25,524 nucleotides of DNA from a virus (taxonomy: Duplodnaviria > Caudoviricetes), in IMG/VR virus record IMGVR_UViG_3300014202_001186, positions 1 through 25,524 of that record. One strand, 5' to 3'. Positions 1 to 8,903 of this stretch are shown in pieces (the first letter of the stretch is position 1; the number at the start of each line of letters is the position of its first letter). The position numbers and the translations under genes are program-made. The notes beneath the pieces were generated by a model, which was not told the DNA's origin, did not search any database, and saw only the letters and a list, made by a program, of their open reading frames with translations.

Positions 1-1
1 C

Positions 2-178
2 GTCGGCAGCCATCCCGGCGCGATCATCGTCGGCGATAAGACTGTTCGACAGGCGGATCCGCCTGTCGAACCCACTTCTCCCACTGAGCCGAATGCTGGC
101 GAGGGCGAGGGCGAGGGCGAGGGCGAGGGCGAGAAGACGGAAGCGCCGATCGCGCCGCGCGTCAAGGGCCGGAGCTAA
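2..178 (+). CDS. 3' end of a truncated ORF with an acidic, Pro-rich tail (probable small post-capsid protein)
   Basis: Frame 2 is open from the window edge (VGSHPGAIIVGDKTVRQADPPVEP...GEGEGEGEGEGEKTEAPIAPRVKGRS) to TAA at 176-178, 3 nt before the next ATG. Confidence 0.6.
   Translation, partial: VGSHPGAIIVGDKTVRQADPPVEPTSPTEPNAGEGEGEGEGEGEKTEAPIAPRVKGRS
98..133 (+). repeat. (GGCGAG)6 hexanucleotide tandem repeat encoding (Gly-Glu)6
   Basis: Directly visible in sequence. Confidence 0.95.
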
Positions 179-181
179 TCC

Positions 182-1072
182 ATGGGCGTGATCGACCGGG
201 CAGGCTCGCGGCGCATTCTGCGCGGAACGGCCGGGGTTCTCTCCACCGTCTTCCTCGTGGACGGCGCCGCGTCGTCTCCCGGCTCGGTCACGGTCACGGT
301 CACAGACGGGAAGGGCACGGCGATCGTCACGGCCGCTGCCGCCACCGTCGATGTCGATACCCAGCGCGTCAGCTACCAGCTCACGCCGGCGCAGTGCGCG
401 GACGTGAAGCCGCTAACCGCCGCCTGGTCTGCGTCCGCCCTCGATGGCGTAGCTCAGAGCGTCACCACGACGGCGGAGATCGTGGGCGATGTGCTGTTCT
501 CCCTCGCGGAGGCGCGCGCGGCCAAGCTCGGGGACGCGGGGAAGTATTCGAACGAGACGATCCTCGAAGCGCGCGACCGCATCGCCGAGGCATTCGAGCA
601 GATCCTCGGGTACTCGCTCGGGCTGCGCTGGGCGCGGGAGATCGTGTCCGGGCGCGGCACCGGACGGCTGCTCGTCAACCACATCCACATCGAGCGGATC
701 CTCGCGGTCGAAACGCGATCCGGCGCCACCTGGACCGCGTATGGGGCGGATGATCTCGCGGACGTATTCGCCTACGGCTACGGCGAGGTATTGCGGGAGA
801 GCCGCGGGATCTTCGCCGCTGGCCCGCGCAACGTGCGCGTGGAGTACGAGCACGGGAAGCAGCCGATCCCGCTCGAACTGAAACAGGCGGCGCTCGCGCT
901 GCTACAGGACCAGCTCATCGCGGGGACGATGAGCGAGCGAACCATCTCGATCACGGACGAGGCTGGCATGACGCGCTTCGCGATCGCCGGGGGCGAGGGG
1001 CGATGGTTCGGCCTGCCGGGCGTCGATTCCATCCTGATGCGCTACAGCGAGCGCATTCCGGGGATTGCCTGA
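182..1072 (+). CDS. Head-tail adaptor/connector (gp6/gp15-like) with an extra N-terminal beta-sandwich domain
   Basis: C-terminal NVRVEYEHG...IPLELKQAALALL and VDSILMRY motifs typical of adaptors; position at the start of the neck/tail block; about 100-aa beta-rich N-terminal extension. Confidence 0.75.
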   Translation: MGVIDRAGSRRILRGTAGVLSTVFLVDGAASSPGSVTVTVTDGKGTAIVTAAAATVDVDTQRVSYQLTPAQCADVKPLTAAWSASALDGVAQSVTTTAEIVGDVLFSLAEARAAKLGDAGKYSNETILEARDRIAEAFEQILGYSLGLRWAREIVSGRGTGRLLVNHIHIERILAVETRSGATWTAYGADDLADVFAYGYGEVLRESRGIFAAGPRNVRVEYEHGKQPIPLELKQAALALLQDQLIAGTMSERTISITDEAGMTRFAIAGGEGRWFGLPGVDSILMRYSERIPGIA

Positions 1073-1554
1073 TGGTCGCCACGACGAGCTCGATGCACGA
1101 GTTCATGACCGCGTTCGTGGACTATCTGGGCGGGCGCGAGGACTTTGCGGGTGTGGAGCTGGCGAGCGGTCTGCTCGGTCCGAGGGCTGAGCCCGGTGAG
1201 ACGGTGCAGATCCTCGGGAGTCCGAATCGCATCGCGGACACGGGTATGCAGCGCTGGGCATCGCTCGGCAACCGCAGCCGCGAGGAAGAGTACGAGGTCG
1301 CGGGGTACATCAGCGTCCGCCGCGACGGGGCGGGCGAGACGGAGATCCGCGACGCGCGGTCGCGGGCCTTCGAACTCTTTGCGGGCATCGAGCGCGCGCT
1401 ACGCGATGAACCGCAGCTGAAACAGGGCCTGAAAACGATCGTACGCACGGCCGAGGTGAGCCGGTTTCTGCTCGCGCAGGGCATCGGCGACAAGTACCGC
1501 TGGGCGGAGATCCATTTCGAGATTCACGTCACAAAGCGACTGCCCACGAACTGA
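1072..1554 (+). CDS. Tail terminator/completion protein (160 aa)
   Basis: TGATG overlap with the adaptor stop places the start at 1072; REEEYEV...ARSRAFELFAGIERALRDEPQL pattern; position upstream of the tube gene. Confidence 0.65.
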   Translation: MVATTSSMHEFMTAFVDYLGGREDFAGVELASGLLGPRAEPGETVQILGSPNRIADTGMQRWASLGNRSREEEYEVAGYISVRRDGAGETEIRDARSRAFELFAGIERALRDEPQLKQGLKTIVRTAEVSRFLLAQGIGDKYRWAEIHFEIHVTKRLPTN

Positions 1555-1566
1555 GGAAGGGGAGCC

Positions 1567-1827
1567 ATGACCAGGATTCGCTACAAGGGACCATCCGCGA
1601 CCGGAGTCTTCGTCCCGGACATCGCCGAAGAGCTCGGCGTCGAGCACGGGCACGTCGAGCACGGCCACCAGGTGGAGATCAGCGACGCGCTCGCGAAGCG
1701 GCTCCTGCAGCAGTCGGACATCTGGGCGGCCGTGGAGGAACACCGCGAGCAGCCAAGGCCGGAGCCGAAGGCGGACGCGGCGCCGAAGAACGAACCGGCG
1801 GCGAAGCCCGTCACGAGGGAGGGGTAG
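1567..1827 (+). CDS. Small hypothetical virion-associated protein (86 aa)
   Basis: SD (GGGAG) upstream; RIRYKGP...GHQVEISDALAKRLL resembles small genes that precede tail tube genes. Confidence 0.7.
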   Translation: MTRIRYKGPSATGVFVPDIAEELGVEHGHVEHGHQVEISDALAKRLLQQSDIWAAVEEHREQPRPEPKADAAPKNEPAAKPVTREG

Positions 1828-1830
1828 GCC

Positions 1831-2802
1831 ATGTCCGTACCGTCGGGAATTGACGCGCAACTCGGCGTGAAGCAGGAGACCACGTGGGGCACGGCCGTCG
1901 TGGTCGATCGGTTCTACGAGTTCCTCAACGAGAGCTTCGAGACGAACGTCGGCAACGTGGAGAGCCGGGGTATCGGCGGCGGCCGCTTCCTGCGCGCCTC
2001 CCGTGTGAAGACCTACATCAAGGACGCTTCCGGCACGTTTGTGGTGCCGGTGATGAACCTCGGCGCTGGCCTGCTCCTTAAGCACTGGCTCGGCGCGGTG
2101 TCCACGAACTCCGCGGCAACGCCGGTGATCGTACACACGTTCACGCCGGACACGAACGGCAAGCTTGGCCTCGGGCTGACCGTGCAGGTCGGGCGGCCGG
2201 ACATCGGCGGCACGGTGCGGCCGTTCACCTACGCCGGCGGAAAGGTGATCTCGGGCGAACTGCGCTGCGCCCTGGACGAGGAGTTGGACCTCTCGCTTGA
2301 CATGGACTTCAAGAGCGTCGTCACCGCGACCGCGCTCGCCTCGAAGTCGTTCGCGGCGGACATGGAGCCGTTCATCTTCGTCGAGGGCGCGCTGACCATC
2401 GGCGGCTCGGCCAAGCTCGTCCGCTCGGCCAGCGTGAAGTTCTCTGACGCGATGAAGACCGATCGACGCTTCCTCGGCAATTCGAAGCTGCAGCCGCTGC
2501 CGAACGGGTGGGCGGAGGTGACGGGGAATCTCGAAGCCGAGTTCGAGGACCTGGACGAATATGCCGCCTTCGTCGCGGGCACCACGGCCGAGCTCGTGCT
2601 CACGTTCACCACGGCGAGTGTCATCAGCGTCGGGAATCCGTTCAAGCTCGAAGTCACCATCCCGGCCATCCAGTACACGGGGGAGACGCCGAAGGTCGGG
2701 GGCCCGGATGTCGTCATGCAAGCACTCCCGTTCCGGGTGCTAAACAACGAGACGGACCCGGTGATCACCGTCGAGCTGACGACCAGCGACGCTGCGCCGT
2801 AG
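1831..2802 (+). CDS. Major tail tube protein
   Basis: SD GGAGGGG; LGVKQETTWGTAV N-terminus, TVQVGRPD...PFTYAG and IPAIQYTGETPKVGGPDVV motifs of siphoviral tube proteins; 323 aa; position. Confidence 0.85.
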   Translation: MSVPSGIDAQLGVKQETTWGTAVVVDRFYEFLNESFETNVGNVESRGIGGGRFLRASRVKTYIKDASGTFVVPVMNLGAGLLLKHWLGAVSTNSAATPVIVHTFTPDTNGKLGLGLTVQVGRPDIGGTVRPFTYAGGKVISGELRCALDEELDLSLDMDFKSVVTATALASKSFAADMEPFIFVEGALTIGGSAKLVRSASVKFSDAMKTDRRFLGNSKLQPLPNGWAEVTGNLEAEFEDLDEYAAFVAGTTAELVLTFTTASVISVGNPFKLEVTIPAIQYTGETPKVGGPDVVMQALPFRVLNNETDPVITVELTTSDAAP

Positions 2803-2804
2803 CC

Positions 2805-3236
2805 GTGGCCGACCTCACGTCTCGCGGTGGCGCTGCCCGGATCGATGGGCTGCAGGAGTTCGCGAAGCAGCTCCGCGGTACGGGCACGGGCCTGCAAAAG
2901 GCGCTCACGGAGACGAATAAGCACTTTGCCGAGCAGGTCGTCGTGACCGCGCTCGTCAACATCGCGACGCCGGTCAGCTCGCGCGTGAAGGCGAGCGTGC
3001 GGGGGCTGGCGACGCAGAAAGAGGGCCGGGTGGTTGCAGGCGGCGCTCGTGCTCCCGAGTTCTGGGGGCAGGAGTTCGGCGGCCGGAAGCGGCCACGCAC
3101 GATGCAATTCCAACCCCACAAGGGCCGCGAGGGGTACTGGCTGTATCCCGCCTATCGCGAGGTCGTGAAGGAGATCCCGGACCAGTTCTGGGAGAACGCA
3201 GAGAAGAACGTGCTCGGGAAGATCTTCCCGGGCTGA
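2805..3236 (+). CDS. HK97 gp10-like tail/neck protein (143 aa)
   Basis: GTG 2 nt after the tube stop; IDGLQEFAKQLR N-terminus, FWGQEFGG and GYWLYPAY motifs characteristic of the family. Confidence 0.65.
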   Translation: MADLTSRGGAARIDGLQEFAKQLRGTGTGLQKALTETNKHFAEQVVVTALVNIATPVSSRVKASVRGLATQKEGRVVAGGARAPEFWGQEFGGRKRPRTMQFQPHKGREGYWLYPAYREVVKEIPDQFWENAEKNVLGKIFPG

Positions 3237-3249
3237 GGAGGGGAAAACC

Positions 3250-3576
3250 ATGCGGATCGAGTTCGATCCCAACCAGGTCACGCTCGAGGAGTGCGAGGAG
3301 TTCGAAGCCCTCACCGGGCAGAGCTTCGCCGCGCTCTTCAACACCCCACGATCTGCGCGCACGGTCGCCTGGATCGTTTGGCGCGAGCGGCGGAAGGAAG
3401 AGCCGGAGCTGACCTACGCCGATGCCCGGCGGATGCGGTTCTCGGAGATTGAATGGGAACTCCCCACCGAGGCCGCGGCGGAGGAGACGGCGCCGGCCGC
3501 GGCGGACGCTTCCGAAGAGAGCTCCCCCGATTCGCCGCAGCCTTTGGATACACCCCGGCTGCATTCCGTGAGCTGA
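3250..3576 (+). CDS. Tail assembly chaperone (gpG-like)
   Basis: SD GAGGAGGG; acidic 108-aa protein between tube and tape measure (TLEECEEFEALTGQSF...WIVWRERRKEEPELTY). Confidence 0.75.
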   Translation: MRIEFDPNQVTLEECEEFEALTGQSFAALFNTPRSARTVAWIVWRERRKEEPELTYADARRMRFSEIEWELPTEAAAEETAPAAADASEESSPDSPQPLDTPRLHSVS

Positions 3577-3656
3577 CCCTGGAGGACTTCGCCGCGCTCA
3601 AGGCGTGGCTCGACGAACGGGAGCGGGGAGAGGGGGACGGGCATGGCAGGAGATAG
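3453..3656 (+). CDS. gpT-like -1 frame extension of the tail assembly chaperone
   Basis: Open -1 frame encodes RELPRFAAAFGYTPAAFRELTLEDFAALKAWL, typical of gpT segments, and runs into the tape-measure start. Confidence 0.6.
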   Translation: MGTPHRGRGGGDGAGRGGRFRRELPRFAAAFGYTPAAFRELTLEDFAALKAWLDERERGEGDGHGRR

Positions 3657-6600
3657 CGAAAAGCGTCTCGTCCTCGTTATCACGGGCGACACCGGGAAGG
3701 CCGAAGCCGCGGCGAAGAAGCTGGCGGGCGAGCTCGATGGCGTCAACACGAAGATGACGCAGCTGGACGCGGCGAGCGGCAAGGCCAGCAACGCACTCGA
3801 CAAGAAGAGCGCGGCGAGCGCGAAGGCGTCGGCGAACCTCGCGAAGGTCTCGCTGGCGGCGACGGGCGCCGCCCTCGTGCTGGGCGGGCTGGCCGTGAAA
3901 GCGGCGATGCAGTTCGAGCACCAGATTGACCAGGTGGGCGCGGTCGCGCAGGCGACGGAGCCGGAACTGGAGCAGCTCCGGAAGACCGCGATGAAGCTCG
4001 GCGCGGATACCGCGTTCTCCTCGAACGAGGCGGCGGCGGCGATGGAGGAGCTGGCCGCGGGCGGTCGATCGGTCGCGCAAATCGTGGGCGGCGAGGCGAC
4101 GGCGGCGGTAAGCCTGGCGGCGGCGGGGAACTACGGGCTGGCGGACTCGGCCCAGACGATCGCCGTCTCCATGGACATCTGGAAGGGCACGCAGCTCGAT
4201 ACGAACGAGGTGGTGAACCGGCTCGCGGGAGCGGCCAACTCGTCGCGGTTCGGCGTCGATGACATGGCGCAGGCGATCGCGCAGGCGGGCGGCGTGGCCG
4301 CGCAGATGGGCGTGAGCTTCGGGGATATGACCACGGCGGTGGCGGCGACCGCTTCTTCGTTCGCCAGCGGTTCGGATGCCGGCACATCGCTCAAGACGAT
4401 GATGCTCCAGCTCGACGGGACGACCGAGAAGGCGAAGAAGGTGATCGCCGAGTACGGGCTGGAGTTCCGCACGGCGACGGGCGAACTGAAGCCGATGTCG
4501 GCGATCGTGGACGAGCTCCACAACAAGATCGGGCCGCTGGGCGAGGCGCAGCAGGTGGCGGCGCTGAAGACCATTTTCGGGAACGACGCGTACCGCTCGG
4601 CTGGCGGGCTAATGAAGCTCACCGGCGCCGAGTTCGAAGCGATGTCGACGAAGATGGAGAACACGAGCGCAGCGGACGTGGCGGCGCAGCGCATGGGCAA
4701 CCTCAGCGGGGACGTGGAGCAGCTCAAGGGCTCGGTGGAGACGCTGGGGATTGCGATCGGGACGAAGGCGATCCCGGCGCTAGCGACGCTGGCGCAGGGC
4801 GCAACCAAGGCGGTGAACGGGTTCATGGGGTTGCCCGCGAGCACGCAGAATGCGGCGCTCGGGATCGGCGCGATCGTCGCCGTGACGCCGCTCGCGGTCA
4901 GCGTGTTCCAGAAACTCTTCGCGGGCACCGAGCAGAACACAGGGGCGTTCGGGCGGCTGGGAACGATGGCCGGGACGACGAGCGGGAAGCTGACGCTCCT
5001 GGCCGGTGGCATCGGCACGGCGTTCCTCGCGGCCGACATCATCTCGCAGAAGACGAGCGGGCACGGAATCCTCGAATGGGTCTTCGGGGACCCGCAGCAG
5101 GCGGGGAAGACAGAGGAGGCGGTGACGCGCCTCAACAGCAGGCTCAAGGAGCTGGGGGAGGGAACCAGCGCCGTTGCCGTGGGCGTCTCCATGCTGCGCG
5201 AGGCCGAGCGGCTCCGCGAGGATTCGCATGACACCCAGGTGCAGCAGGCGCTCGGAAAGATCCAGGTCACGAAGGATGAGCAGGCGGCGCTCGATGCGTT
5301 GATGCAATCGGTAGGTGGGCAGAAGGCGACGTACGCCGAGCTCATCCCGATTCGGAAGCAGCTCACAGCGTACGAGCAGGAGTATTTCGACAAGCAGGTC
5401 GATTGGACTGCGAAGACCAGGGACTACATGTTCGCCCAGGTCGCCGCCAACGAAGCGACAAACGCGTCGGCGGTCTCAGCGCCGCTCGCGGCCGATGCGC
5501 TGGCGGCAGTGGCCGCCCCGACGGCCGCTGCCGCCAGCGCTGCCGACACCGCGGCGAAGGACTTCGACGAGCTGGCGCGGTCGCTCGGCGATGCGGAGAA
5601 GGAAACTCTGGACTACAACAAGGCGCTGGACGAGTTGATCGGGCGGTTCGCGGCGGCGAATCCGGCGGTTCACCAGCTGCAGATGGAGAACGCGTTCCTC
5701 GGCGAGGAACTGGACGACCTCAAGGGGAAGACCTACGCCCTCTCGGAAGATGAGAAGGCGCGGGTGCAGGTCCTCGAAGAAACGATTAAGAAGAACGACG
5801 CGCTGATCAAGGGGTACAGCGACAACCAGGAGGCGCTAGAGGGTGTGAAGCTGCGGCTCACGGAGTACATGGGGCCGACGGCGCTCGGCGGCCTGCTGAC
5901 GCTGATGGATAACCTCAAGGTACCGCAAGAAGACCAAATCGAGCTGCTCAAGAACATCGGCAAGGGTTACACGCAGCTTTCGACCAAGGATATACCTGGC
6001 GCGATTCAGACGTTCGGGGAGCTGAAGAGTTCACTGGATAAAGAGATTTGGGACCCGATTGCGAAAGCGGTCGGCACGGATTTCGTAAAGGCGATCGCAG
6101 ACGGCTACACCGGTCCCGAGAAGGAGAACCTTCTCCGAGCCGCGGGCGCGTTGCTCGACGATGCAGCCGCCGCAGGGAAGAACAGTGCGCTTATCGGTGG
6201 CTCCGCGGCAGGCAAGGCATATGTCGATGGGATAGTCGCAGGTCTACGGAGCGGCCAGGCGCAGGCGGCGTTCGAGGTCATGTCCAACATCGACGCGCTG
6301 ATCGCGGCAGGGCAGGCGGGTCTCGACACGGGTTCGCCGTCGAAGAAAACGCGCGATCTGATCGGCATCCCGTTCGTGCAGGGCATCGTGAAGGGGATCG
6401 AGCAGGAGTCGCCAGCGCTCCAGGAGGCGTCGCGGGCGCTGGCAAACGACCTCCTGGCTACGAGCGACCAGGGTTGGCTCCTGCTGATGCATCGCACCAG
6501 CGAGGAGGTCGCGATGTGGGCGGACATGCTGCGGGAAGGGCTCGCCACCGGCCGCGAGATGTCGCAGACCGAAATGGGGCTAATGTTCCGCGATCTGCTC

Positions 6601-7260
6601 GCGGTGGTCACCAACTCGGGGCTGCCGGAGGAGGCGCAGCGCGAGATGGCGGCGACCATCGCCATGCTCGCAAACGGCATCCACGAGGGCACGGGCGTCG
6701 CCAACAGCGCGCTCCTGCAATTCATCCGCCACCTGCAGGAGACGCTGTACCAGAATCGGCTCGTGGTACCTGCACCGGTGGTGCAGGGCGGCGCAGGCGG
6801 CGTGAGCAGCGTGAGCAGCGGCGGCGCAGGGCAGCCGTTCATCACGCCATCGAACCCGAACGTAGGCGATACCGCCAACCAGGGCGGGCATGTGCTCGTG
6901 TGGACTGGCAGCGCCTGGCAGGACACCTCTTACGTCGGCCCGACCCCCGGATCCATGCCCGCGCTGGGATCGCCCGGCGATACGAACACGGTGCCGTGGT
7001 ACGACGAGGGCACCGATTACGTTCCGGAGGACCAGCTGGCCGTCGTCCACCGGGGCGAGGCGGTGCTGACGCGGGAGGAGAACCGGGCCAGGCGCTCTGG
7101 CCGTGGCGGCGATTTCAATGTGTCCGTCGTGATCAATCAGCAGCCCGGCGAATCGGTAGCGAGCATCATGTCGCGGCTCGATACCTGGTTCGCCGAGAAG
7201 GCGCGCGAGTTCATGGACCACGAGCTCGGCGTCGGCGCCGTTGCGTACGGTGGCCGCTGA
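3643..7260 (+). CDS. Tape measure protein (TP901-family core)
   Basis: 1205 aa, Ala-rich and helical; LRKTAMKLGADTAFSSNEAAAAMEELAAGG, GSDAGTSLKTMM and SPSKKTR motifs; C-terminal YDEGTDYVPEDQLAVVHRGEAVLT. Confidence 0.95.
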   Translation: MAGDSEKRLVLVITGDTGKAEAAAKKLAGELDGVNTKMTQLDAASGKASNALDKKSAASAKASANLAKVSLAATGAALVLGGLAVKAAMQFEHQIDQVGAVAQATEPELEQLRKTAMKLGADTAFSSNEAAAAMEELAAGGRSVAQIVGGEATAAVSLAAAGNYGLADSAQTIAVSMDIWKGTQLDTNEVVNRLAGAANSSRFGVDDMAQAIAQAGGVAAQMGVSFGDMTTAVAATASSFASGSDAGTSLKTMMLQLDGTTEKAKKVIAEYGLEFRTATGELKPMSAIVDELHNKIGPLGEAQQVAALKTIFGNDAYRSAGGLMKLTGAEFEAMSTKMENTSAADVAAQRMGNLSGDVEQLKGSVETLGIAIGTKAIPALATLAQGATKAVNGFMGLPASTQNAALGIGAIVAVTPLAVSVFQKLFAGTEQNTGAFGRLGTMAGTTSGKLTLLAGGIGTAFLAADIISQKTSGHGILEWVFGDPQQAGKTEEAVTRLNSRLKELGEGTSAVAVGVSMLREAERLREDSHDTQVQQALGKIQVTKDEQAALDALMQSVGGQKATYAELIPIRKQLTAYEQEYFDKQVDWTAKTRDYMFAQVAANEATNASAVSAPLAADALAAVAAPTAAAASAADTAAKDFDELARSLGDAEKETLDYNKALDELIGRFAAANPAVHQLQMENAFLGEELDDLKGKTYALSEDEKARVQVLEETIKKNDALIKGYSDNQEALEGVKLRLTEYMGPTALGGLLTLMDNLKVPQEDQIELLKNIGKGYTQLSTKDIPGAIQTFGELKSSLDKEIWDPIAKAVGTDFVKAIADGYTGPEKENLLRAAGALLDDAAAAGKNSALIGGSAAGKAYVDGIVAGLRSGQAQAAFEVMSNIDALIAAGQAGLDTGSPSKKTRDLIGIPFVQGIVKGIEQESPALQEASRALANDLLATSDQGWLLLMHRTSEEVAMWADMLREGLATGREMSQTEMGLMFRDLLAVVTNSGLPEEAQREMAATIAMLANGIHEGTGVANSALLQFIRHLQETLYQNRLVVPAPVVQGGAGGVSSVSSGGAGQPFITPSNPNVGDTANQGGHVLVWTGSAWQDTSYVGPTPGSMPALGSPGDTNTVPWYDEGTDYVPEDQLAVVHRGEAVLTREENRARRSGRGGDFNVSVVINQQPGESVASIMSRLDTWFAEKAREFMDHELGVGAVAYGGR

Positions 7261-8903
7261 TGCCATCGAACGCGCCCACGAACCTTATCCCGGCCGACGG
7301 CGCAGAGACAACGACGCTCACGCCGACGTTCCAGGGCACGCACACGGCGAACATCGGCGCGATGGTAGCGGCGTACATCGAGGTTCGCCGCGTCTCGGAC
7401 AACGCGGCGATGTGGATCTCGAACGGCCAGGCGGCGAGCGGTGCGACATTCTCGCTGAGCTACGGCGGGACGCCGCTGGTCAAGGGCGTGCAGTACAACT
7501 GGCGCGCGGCGACCGAGGCGACGGGAGAGGGGAAGCAAGGCACGTTCTCGGCCTTCCAGGGGTTCACGGCGGGGGACAATGCCGCCCCGACGGCGAACAT
7601 CGTCAGCCCGAGCGGCGGGGCGCAGATCGCGACGCTCACTCCCACGCTGACATGGGGTTTCAACGACCCGGACACCGGCGATACGCAGGCGTCGTGGCAG
7701 GTGCAGGTGCAGCGGCAGTCCGATTCGGTCGTCATGTGGGATCCGGGAGTGGTCACCGGCGCCGATACCTCGGTGGTGTATGCGGGCACGGCGCTCGCCA
7801 GCGGCACGGCGTACCGGTGGCGGATTCGCGCGCAGGATAACCATGGGGCGTGGAGCGAGTACAGCGCGTGGGCGGTGTTCACGCCCGCGAACGCGCCGGA
7901 CCGGCCAACGGGGATCACGCCGAGCGGGCTCACGAACACACTCACGCCGACGATCGGCGGAACGTACGTGGCCGGGCTCGGCGGGACGCTGGCGGCGTTC
8001 CAGTACGAGATCAGCCGCGGCGGGTCGGTCATCTATCTCTCGGGCGATGTGACCGCTTCCGGGTCTACGTTCTCCCAGGTCTACGGGTCGGCGAACAGCG
8101 GCGACACGCCGAGCACGCCGCCGGCGCTGGCCTGGGGGACGACCTACACGCTGCGGGTGCGCACGAAAGATAACATCGGCGTCTACTCGGCCTGGACGAA
8201 TCCGGTCACATTCAACACGAACTCGGCGCCGTCTTCGCCCACGAACCTGGGCCCGAACGGGAGCATCACCGGCGACACAACGCCCGAGCTGGCGTGGTCG
8301 CACAACGATGCCGATGGCGACGCCCAGACGGTCGCCGAGGTAGAGCTGCGGAAGGTCAGCGATGACAGCGTGGTCACGGGCTACGGCCCGAAGACGCTGA
8401 CGCAGGCGGGAACCACGCACACCGTCACGGAGACGCTCATCGCGAGTCCGCCCACGGATTACAAGTGGCGCGTGCGGACGAAGGGGACGGCGGGGCCGGG
8501 GTTCGGCGCGTGGTCCTCGTGGGTGAGCTTCACGGTCGCGCCGGCGCCCACGGTGACGCTGACGGACCCTACGCCGGCGGAGGTGCTGACCTCGCCGACG
8601 GTGGCGATCGCCTGGACGTTCTCGGGCGGCAGCGGCACACAGCAGGACTACCAGGTCAAGGTCTTCGCGAGCGACGGGACGACGCCGGTATACACCGGCT
8701 CGGTGGTCGTGAGCGCGGCGACGAGCGTGAGCGTGAATCTCGCGGCCTACCTGGCGAACGGCGGCACGTACCAGGTGCAGGTGGTGGCGCGGGACACGGC
8801 GAGCGTCGCCGGTGAGAGCTCGAAGGTGGCGATCACCACGGCGTGGACGCCGCCCGCGACGATCACCGGTCTGAGCGCGACCGCGATCGGGGGTCAGTCG
8901 TGA
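7260..8903 (+). CDS. Minor tail protein of about five tandem FN3/Ig-like domains (547 aa)
   Basis: TGATG overlap with the tape-measure stop; repeated TLTPT(L/F/I)...Y(N/R/K)WR(I/V)R...WS units of about 105-115 aa, resembling GH78 rhamnosidase N-terminal FN3-like domains. Confidence 0.8.
   Translation: MPSNAPTNLIPADGAETTTLTPTFQGTHTANIGAMVAAYIEVRRVSDNAAMWISNGQAASGATFSLSYGGTPLVKGVQYNWRAATEATGEGKQGTFSAFQGFTAGDNAAPTANIVSPSGGAQIATLTPTLTWGFNDPDTGDTQASWQVQVQRQSDSVVMWDPGVVTGADTSVVYAGTALASGTAYRWRIRAQDNHGAWSEYSAWAVFTPANAPDRPTGITPSGLTNTLTPTIGGTYVAGLGGTLAAFQYEISRGGSVIYLSGDVTASGSTFSQVYGSANSGDTPSTPPALAWGTTYTLRVRTKDNIGVYSAWTNPVTFNTNSAPSSPTNLGPNGSITGDTTPELAWSHNDADGDAQTVAEVELRKVSDDSVVTGYGPKTLTQAGTTHTVTETLIASPPTDYKWRVRTKGTAGPGFGAWSSWVSFTVAPAPTVTLTDPTPAEVLTSPTVAIAWTFSGGSGTQQDYQVKVFASDGTTPVYTGSVVVSAATSVSVNLAAYLANGGTYQVQVVARDTASVAGESSKVAITTAWTPPATITGLSATAIGGQS

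Noticed and set aside
6048-7259. 951-aa ORF start at 6048
   Set aside because: The N-terminal 400 aa is an Arg-rich off-frame read of the tape measure; the real start is the TGATG overlap at 7260.
7260-8903. Alpha-L-rhamnosidase
   Set aside because: Only FN3-like accessory domains are present, with no catalytic barrel; the context is structural.
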